The notes below the pieces were generated by a model. That model ran no database searches. It saw only the letters and a program-made list of their open reading frames with translations, and was not told the DNA's origin. A program made the translations under genes and the position numbers. A DNA stretch of 64,000 nt. Origin: an uncultured bacterium. Lineage in GTDB: Bacteria > Fidelibacterota > Marinisomatia > Marinisomatales > UBA1611. The DNA lies in contig CBFIBM010000008.1 in NCBI GenBank assembly GCA_965660855.1, positions 1 to 64,000 on the forward strand, given 5' to 3'. Below are positions 59,366 through 64,000 of the stretch, in pieces; within the stretch, counting starts at the first letter, position 1; every line of letters starts with the position of its first letter.

Positions 59366-60241
59366 TTAAATTGAATCTAGTAGTCTTTCAATTTCATTCA
59401 GAGTTTGAGTATAATATTTATAATCAATTTTATATTTAATTTTATAGCTTTTCTCTTTTTGATTTTTACTTTCCATATACACTGGTGCTCCTACTTCGGT
59501 GAGTGCTATATTTTTTATATTGGTTAAAAAGTCTTCATATTCATCTAAACTTTTATTGTACAGCTCAATTTTTTTAAAAACTTCTTGTAATTCTTTTGAG
59601 AAGAAAGAATTTGGTGAGCGAAAAAAAGCTGAGTTAACTACCTTATTAAAATCCTTGAGTTTTATTTCTAACTGAGATCTTTTATATCTTATTTTAAAGA
59701 GAGTGATTTTATAATCCTTAATTTCATCTGAAATAAAAACTAATTTTTTCTTTTCTTTTTTTAAAACTTTATTAATCCTAGAAATACTTAAATAAAAAAA
59801 TTTTTTACTTTTCTCAATTTGTTTACTTTTTATAGCAATTTCATTTCGTAAATCGTTATTTCTTCCATTTTTATTTGAGTTATTCAAAATTAATTCTGAA
59901 GTATTTAACGGAATACTTTTAGTTAAAGTTTCAAATTCAGTTAATATTGTATCTATTTTGTTAATCGATTCTTTATACAACTCAAATGACGGAGCTAAAC
60001 GGTCGTAATTTCTCATATCTGTGTCGATAAAATATTTCAATTGCTTTCTTATCAAATCATCAACAAAAGGATATTCCGTTTTACGATCTTCTATCCATTT
60101 AGAAGTTTCAAATATTTTCACATCCAATGAATGCCTGTCTAAAACCTTCCAAGATTTTATCCTACCTGAACAATCTATAAATAAAAAAAGGGTTCCTGTA
60201 AGTACAAAAACCCTTAAAAATATGTTTAAATTAGTAATCAA
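59366..60241 (-). CDS. Hypothetical helical protein, possible lipoprotein
   Basis: Hydrophobic leader ending FIDC-SG; TTGA overlap with the glutaredoxin stop. Confidence 0.7.
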   Translation of the reverse strand: MITNLNIFLRVFVLTGTLFLFIDCSGRIKSWKVLDRHSLDVKIFETSKWIEDRKTEYPFVDDLIRKQLKYFIDTDMRNYDRLAPSFELYKESINKIDTILTEFETLTKSIPLNTSELILNNSNKNGRNNDLRNEIAIKSKQIEKSKKFFYLSISRINKVLKKEKKKLVFISDEIKDYKITLFKIRYKRSQLEIKLKDFNKVVNSAFFRSPNSFFSKELQEVFKKIELYNKSLDEYEDFLTNIKNIALTEVGAPVYMESKNQKEKSYKIKYKIDYKYYTQTLNEIERLLDSI

Positions 60242-60483
60242 GTTTTTAAAGTGTCCATTTTATTTAATTTTTGTAGGTCCGTAAATCCTCCAATATTTTC
60301 GCCATTTATAACAATTTGAGGAACTGTTCTACCCCCTGTTATTTTATATAAATCTTCTCTCGACATACCTTCTCTTTCTATATCAATTTCTTCATAGTCA
60401 ATACCTTTTTCATTTAAAAGTTGTTTTGCATACTTACAAGGGCCACACCATGATGCGGTATAAACTATAACCTTTTTATCCAT
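60238..60483 (-). CDS. grxC: Glutaredoxin (GrxC-like)
   Basis: YTASWCGPC, TGGRTVPQI, IGGFTDL. Confidence 0.92.
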   Translation of the reverse strand: MDKKVIVYTASWCGPCKYAKQLLNEKGIDYEEIDIEREGMSREDLYKITGGRTVPQIVINGENIGGFTDLQKLNKMDTLKT

Positions 60484-63400
60484 TATTTAATTAATAATAT
60501 TTTTTGAAACTTGGATTTATTTCCATATTTCGCTAAAACAAAATAAGTCCCAGATCCAACTGAATTTCCAAATTTATTTTTACCATTCCAGGAAAAAGTA
60601 TAATTCCCAGGAACAAGCGTACCGATTTGGATTACTGAGATTTCTCTTCCAAGGATATCTAATATACTTATTTGACCACTTTCCGTTTTAGATATTGATA
60701 ATTGTAAAGTGGTTGTAGGATTAAAAGGATTTGGGTAGGGAGGTTTTAAATTAAAACCATGAGGTATGAAATCATCATCTATTGATAATGGAGCAACATA
60801 ATTATCGGGTGCTTCTGTAGTAAACCTAATAATTCTCTCATTTTCTAGTATGGCAGCTCCTGGTGCATAGACATTGTTAAAGACATATTGGAGTCCGTAA
60901 TTTTTTTCTGGTGCCTCAATTCCTACAGTTGAATAGTTTTTAGTAACATCAACATCCTGTATTTCCAAATATTGGAAATCAATAACACCATTTTCACTTT
61001 CAGTTGGCATCGAACTTTGATTGTGTAATATTATTTGAAATGTTTCTTCTGTTATTTCATCATATCCATTTAAAGCTCTTGACCATTCTATAATGAATTG
61101 ACCATTTTCCTCATCGTACCATGTGTAAACATTAATCCAGATATCGTTTTGACCATCGCCATCAGTATCTAAGGTTTCTAAATCATCAGAAAAAGGTGCT
61201 AGCAAGGCTTTTGGACCCATATACATAGGTATTGACATGTTCCAAAAATAATTGATATCACAGGGTTCAAAAGATGCCCATCCATTAGAATTAATAGTAA
61301 TTTGATTATAGTTGACACCATGATATTTAAATGTAAATGGAAGTTCTAAATCAACATGATCATCATCATCTAATTGATGGTGAGTACCAAATAATCCTCC
61401 ATAATTTGGGTCTAATTCAACCCAATTAAAAGTTGGTGTATTAAGATAACCAGTATCGGTATCATCGTATGCCCAGTATCCAAAATTATTTGGTGAAACT
61501 GGATAGTTGCTAGAGTTAGGAGCTATTTCCAAAGAAATTTCTTGTGAGTAAATATTTATATTATCTTTCAATAACTCTACAAAGAGTGTAATCTGACTCC
61601 CATAAGATACATCTGATAGTTCTATATTGTAATTTGTTGAATTTATATGTTCTTCAAAAGGTAAAATATCTAATAAAAAATCAGTTTCATTCATTTCCAT
61701 ATTAACACCATCAGAAACTGGGGTTAGTTTTATGAAAACTGAATCTATTTTTGAATTGGAAAAATTTGAAAGTAAAATAGTTGGTGAAAAGATTTCTCCA
61801 GGCGAAGGGTTATTTAGAAAATTTAGATTAAAAGCTAATGGGTTAAAATCTATGCATATTTTTGATATGATATTATTTTCACTATTCTCTATAGCGGCTA
61901 CTATTGAGTTTCCTAAATCTGGTTTAAAAGCAGTAAATATTAAATTGTTAAAATTGACGGACTCTCCCGGACTCAGTTGAGGAAAATTTAATATAAGTTC
62001 TTGAGGTAAAACGAAATCAGAGAATTTTAAAATCCCTTCAAACGAACCCGTAGTTTCAGTTTGAGAAGTATTTTTAATTTCAAAATTTAAATTTACGGGA
62101 GAGCCAAAGGATGGCTGTGCTTCATCATCTTCTAAAATAAATGTAAGGTTCGATAATTTTAATCCTTCAGAACTTTCAACTTGAAGAGATTTATAACCTT
62201 GAATAAACATTTTTTTATTAGCATAGATATCGATAGGACCCGTATTATCAATATTTAGAGTTGAAACAAATTCCCCATTAATATCGGATATACCTTTTTT
62301 AAGTATTTGGTCATCTTGCATTATACTTATAACAGCATTAGCTATGCGGTTTTGTTGAGAATCTTCAATAATTAACTTTATGAACCCATCAATATTGGAA
62401 AATTCTTGTATGACAATTTCAAATTGGTTTGGGGTATTTAAATAGACTTGCAAAGAAGGATCACCCAAAATATTATATACATGTGAGTAAAATTCTTGCG
62501 CTTCACCTGGGCCCGATTGTGCAGGAAATTCTTTTACTAATCCATACTGTCCAGCTTGCATGGCAGGACCCAATTCAACAATTCCATGATTTAACATAGC
62601 ATCATACATATATGCATTAATTATATTATTATATTTAGTACTTGTATGTAAATCAGAAGGTCCAACAAATGCTACTCCACCTTTGGGAACTGTAGGAGTT
62701 CCTCCGCGAATTATGGCTTCCGCAAGACATGGGTCTACATTATTTGCAAAATCATTTGAATTACAGACATAACTCATAAACACTGGAGTTAACCATCCAT
62801 TATTTAAGTCATTTACATCGTCAACATGGAACTCTGGATAATGCCATCCATTTGCATCTCCCCACCCTCGATAATTAACTATACCTGCTCCATTGTTGAT
62901 TAATGGAATAATATAAGAGGCTCCTTGCTGTATTGGTGGATAAAAAACAGTATCAACCTGACTATAACCAAAATCAATTAGCTCATCTCTTAGCCAGTAA
63001 GATGTCCATTTTGGGGTTACAGGTATAGGGTATGTATTAGAATAATTACCTGCAACAACAATACCCCTACTTAACCAGTCAGAATTATATTCAAGTGGGT
63101 TTCTTGAGTAGTTGATAGTTTTGGACATTATTACAGCGAGATCAGATAATGAATCAATTGATAATCTACCTATAAACACATCGGGAATATTATCATCTCC
63201 TAAAAGATATGAATATTTTTGATCTGTCACATCATTTTCAGGTCCATAATAAAATGAAGGTAATTCTGAAAATCCGTCAACATCTCCTATCAATAAAACA
63301 TATTCTAACATTGGATCATCTATTAGAATTGAATAAATACTTTCCTTGATTCCTTGGGCTGTTTCACCTGCCTCTGACAATGACTTGATATATACATCAA

Positions 63401-63659
63401 ATCCTTGAGATTTTTTAAAAGAAACAAAATCATCTAAGTAGTTTATGATTCCGTCTGGAGCAATTATAAGATAACTGCCTCTTTCAGAATTAAATTGAGA
63501 TGGTAATATGTTATAATTCTCTGATACTAAATAGGAAAAGGATAATGGAACTTTTTGACCAATAATTTGGTCCTTACTTTTTCCTCTAAAAGACATTGTA
63601 TCTGCCTCAGTAAAATAAACTATAAATATAAGATATATTAATTTTTTAAAATAACGCAT
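60483..63659 (-). CDS. Gingipain-like peptidase C25-fold secreted protein with T9SS/FlgD-like C-terminal domain
   Basis: FVSFKKSQG, YVLLIGD, TDQKY, PDVFIGRLS, NYRGWG, SYVC, YNILGDPSL; PYPNPFNP..GSGTYF..QKILLIK. Confidence 0.88.
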   Translation of the reverse strand: MRYFKKLIYLIFIVYFTEADTMSFRGKSKDQIIGQKVPLSFSYLVSENYNILPSQFNSERGSYLIIAPDGIINYLDDFVSFKKSQGFDVYIKSLSEAGETAQGIKESIYSILIDDPMLEYVLLIGDVDGFSELPSFYYGPENDVTDQKYSYLLGDDNIPDVFIGRLSIDSLSDLAVIMSKTINYSRNPLEYNSDWLSRGIVVAGNYSNTYPIPVTPKWTSYWLRDELIDFGYSQVDTVFYPPIQQGASYIIPLINNGAGIVNYRGWGDANGWHYPEFHVDDVNDLNNGWLTPVFMSYVCNSNDFANNVDPCLAEAIIRGGTPTVPKGGVAFVGPSDLHTSTKYNNIINAYMYDAMLNHGIVELGPAMQAGQYGLVKEFPAQSGPGEAQEFYSHVYNILGDPSLQVYLNTPNQFEIVIQEFSNIDGFIKLIIEDSQQNRIANAVISIMQDDQILKKGISDINGEFVSTLNIDNTGPIDIYANKKMFIQGYKSLQVESSEGLKLSNLTFILEDDEAQPSFGSPVNLNFEIKNTSQTETTGSFEGILKFSDFVLPQELILNFPQLSPGESVNFNNLIFTAFKPDLGNSIVAAIENSENNIISKICIDFNPLAFNLNFLNNPSPGEIFSPTILLSNFSNSKIDSVFIKLTPVSDGVNMEMNETDFLLDILPFEEHINSTNYNIELSDVSYGSQITLFVELLKDNINIYSQEISLEIAPNSSNYPVSPNNFGYWAYDDTDTGYLNTPTFNWVELDPNYGGLFGTHHQLDDDDHVDLELPFTFKYHGVNYNQITINSNGWASFEPCDINYFWNMSIPMYMGPKALLAPFSDDLETLDTDGDGQNDIWINVYTWYDEENGQFIIEWSRALNGYDEITEETFQIILHNQSSMPTESENGVIDFQYLEIQDVDVTKNYSTVGIEAPEKNYGLQYVFNNVYAPGAAILENERIIRFTTEAPDNYVAPLSIDDDFIPHGFNLKPPYPNPFNPTTTLQLSISKTESGQISILDILGREISVIQIGTLVPGNYTFSWNGKNKFGNSVGSGTYFVLAKYGNKSKFQKILLIK

Positions 63660-64000
63660 TTTTTTATTGCCCGTTTATTATTTGATTCAATTTGAATAAA
63701 ATACATTCCTGAGCCGTATTTTGTTTCATTAATGTTTTTAAAATCAAAAACAAAGTTTTTGCTTCCAGGGATCATATTCAATTTTTTTGAAAATATTTCT
63801 TGACCTAAAATATTAAATATTTTTAACTGTTTTACTCCACTGTAGTACTGGTTAAAAGAAATTTGAAATCGACCATTTGATGGATTAGGACTTATATTAC
63901 TAATTTTCAAGGGTATTGAAGGGATTGTATTAGTTGAACTATTAGATAGGCTTAAATAGTTATCTTGAACTGAAAATAATTTTATTCCAGCTATATCCCA
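63638..64000 (-). CDS. C-terminal part of a secreted protein with T9SS-like domain (partial)
   Basis: Frame open to the window edge (WDIAGIKLFSVQDNYLS...); SPNPSNG, IFNILGQEI, SGMYFI, KKCVILK. Confidence 0.85.
   Translation of the reverse strand, partial: WDIAGIKLFSVQDNYLSLSNSSTNTIPSIPLKISNISPNPSNGRFQISFNQYYSGVKQLKIFNILGQEIFSKKLNMIPGSKNFVFDFKNINETKYGSGMYFIQIESNNKRAIKKCVILKN

Noticed and set aside
60238..60483. Selenocysteine recoding in the redox genes (grx, msrA, tlpA)
   Set aside because: All active-site positions are ordinary Cys codons in uninterrupted frames.
925..61980. Many short opposite-strand or nested ORFs (e.g. 5322-5669, 26435-26791, 38952-39338, 43226-43639, 50137-50499, 55997-56317)
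   Set aside because: They lie within well-supported genes, have Ser/Ile/Phe-rich antisense composition and show no motifs.
1..64000. CRISPR arrays, tRNA/rRNA, IS elements, prophage, riboswitches
   Set aside because: Intergenic gaps are short; I saw no spaced repeats, cloverleafs, transposase/integrase motifs or structured leaders other than the SRP RNA.

Overview
Gene-dense, strongly AT-rich (roughly 30% GC by eye, not computed) chromosomal segment of a diderm, LPS-making bacterium, mostly coded on the minus strand. T9SS/FlgD-like C-terminal domains, Shine-Dalgarno-led genes and the hypothetical protein types suggest Marinimicrobia/SAR406 or a related FCB-adjacent lineage (inference). Housekeeping blocks: SRP RNA-dnaX-ybaB-recR-pgsA-pgpA-cinA-thpR-recA-recX; serC; msrA; an ECF sigma triad; a UvrD-nuclease fusion; tldD-tldE-rmuC; hsp20; crp-meaB-tatC-ispB-waaF-waaA-ABC-pgsA2-ftsY-rimO; rpsT; dinG-hutH-guaB; alaS; secreted protease-like proteins at the right end. 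I saw no tRNA, rRNA, CRISPR array, transposase, integrase or prophage gene. Best candidates for novelty: (1) a NOX5-like protein with four EF-hands and the FAD/NAD(P)H dehydrogenase domain but no haem transmembrane domain, divergent from a eukaryote-type cystathionine beta-synthase and a TlpA; (2) a 271-nt Bacillus-type SRP RNA with an Alu domain; (3) two paralogous predicted outer-membrane barrels with Ca-binding loops, one fused to a FecR domain; (4) a gingipain-fold protein with the catalytic His replaced by Trp and no propeptide; (5) recoding or start anomalies (A10 run in dnaX, T9 frameshift in a signal peptide, pgsA and recX without a canonical start at the expected position). Family calls come from motif recognition only; no searches were run.
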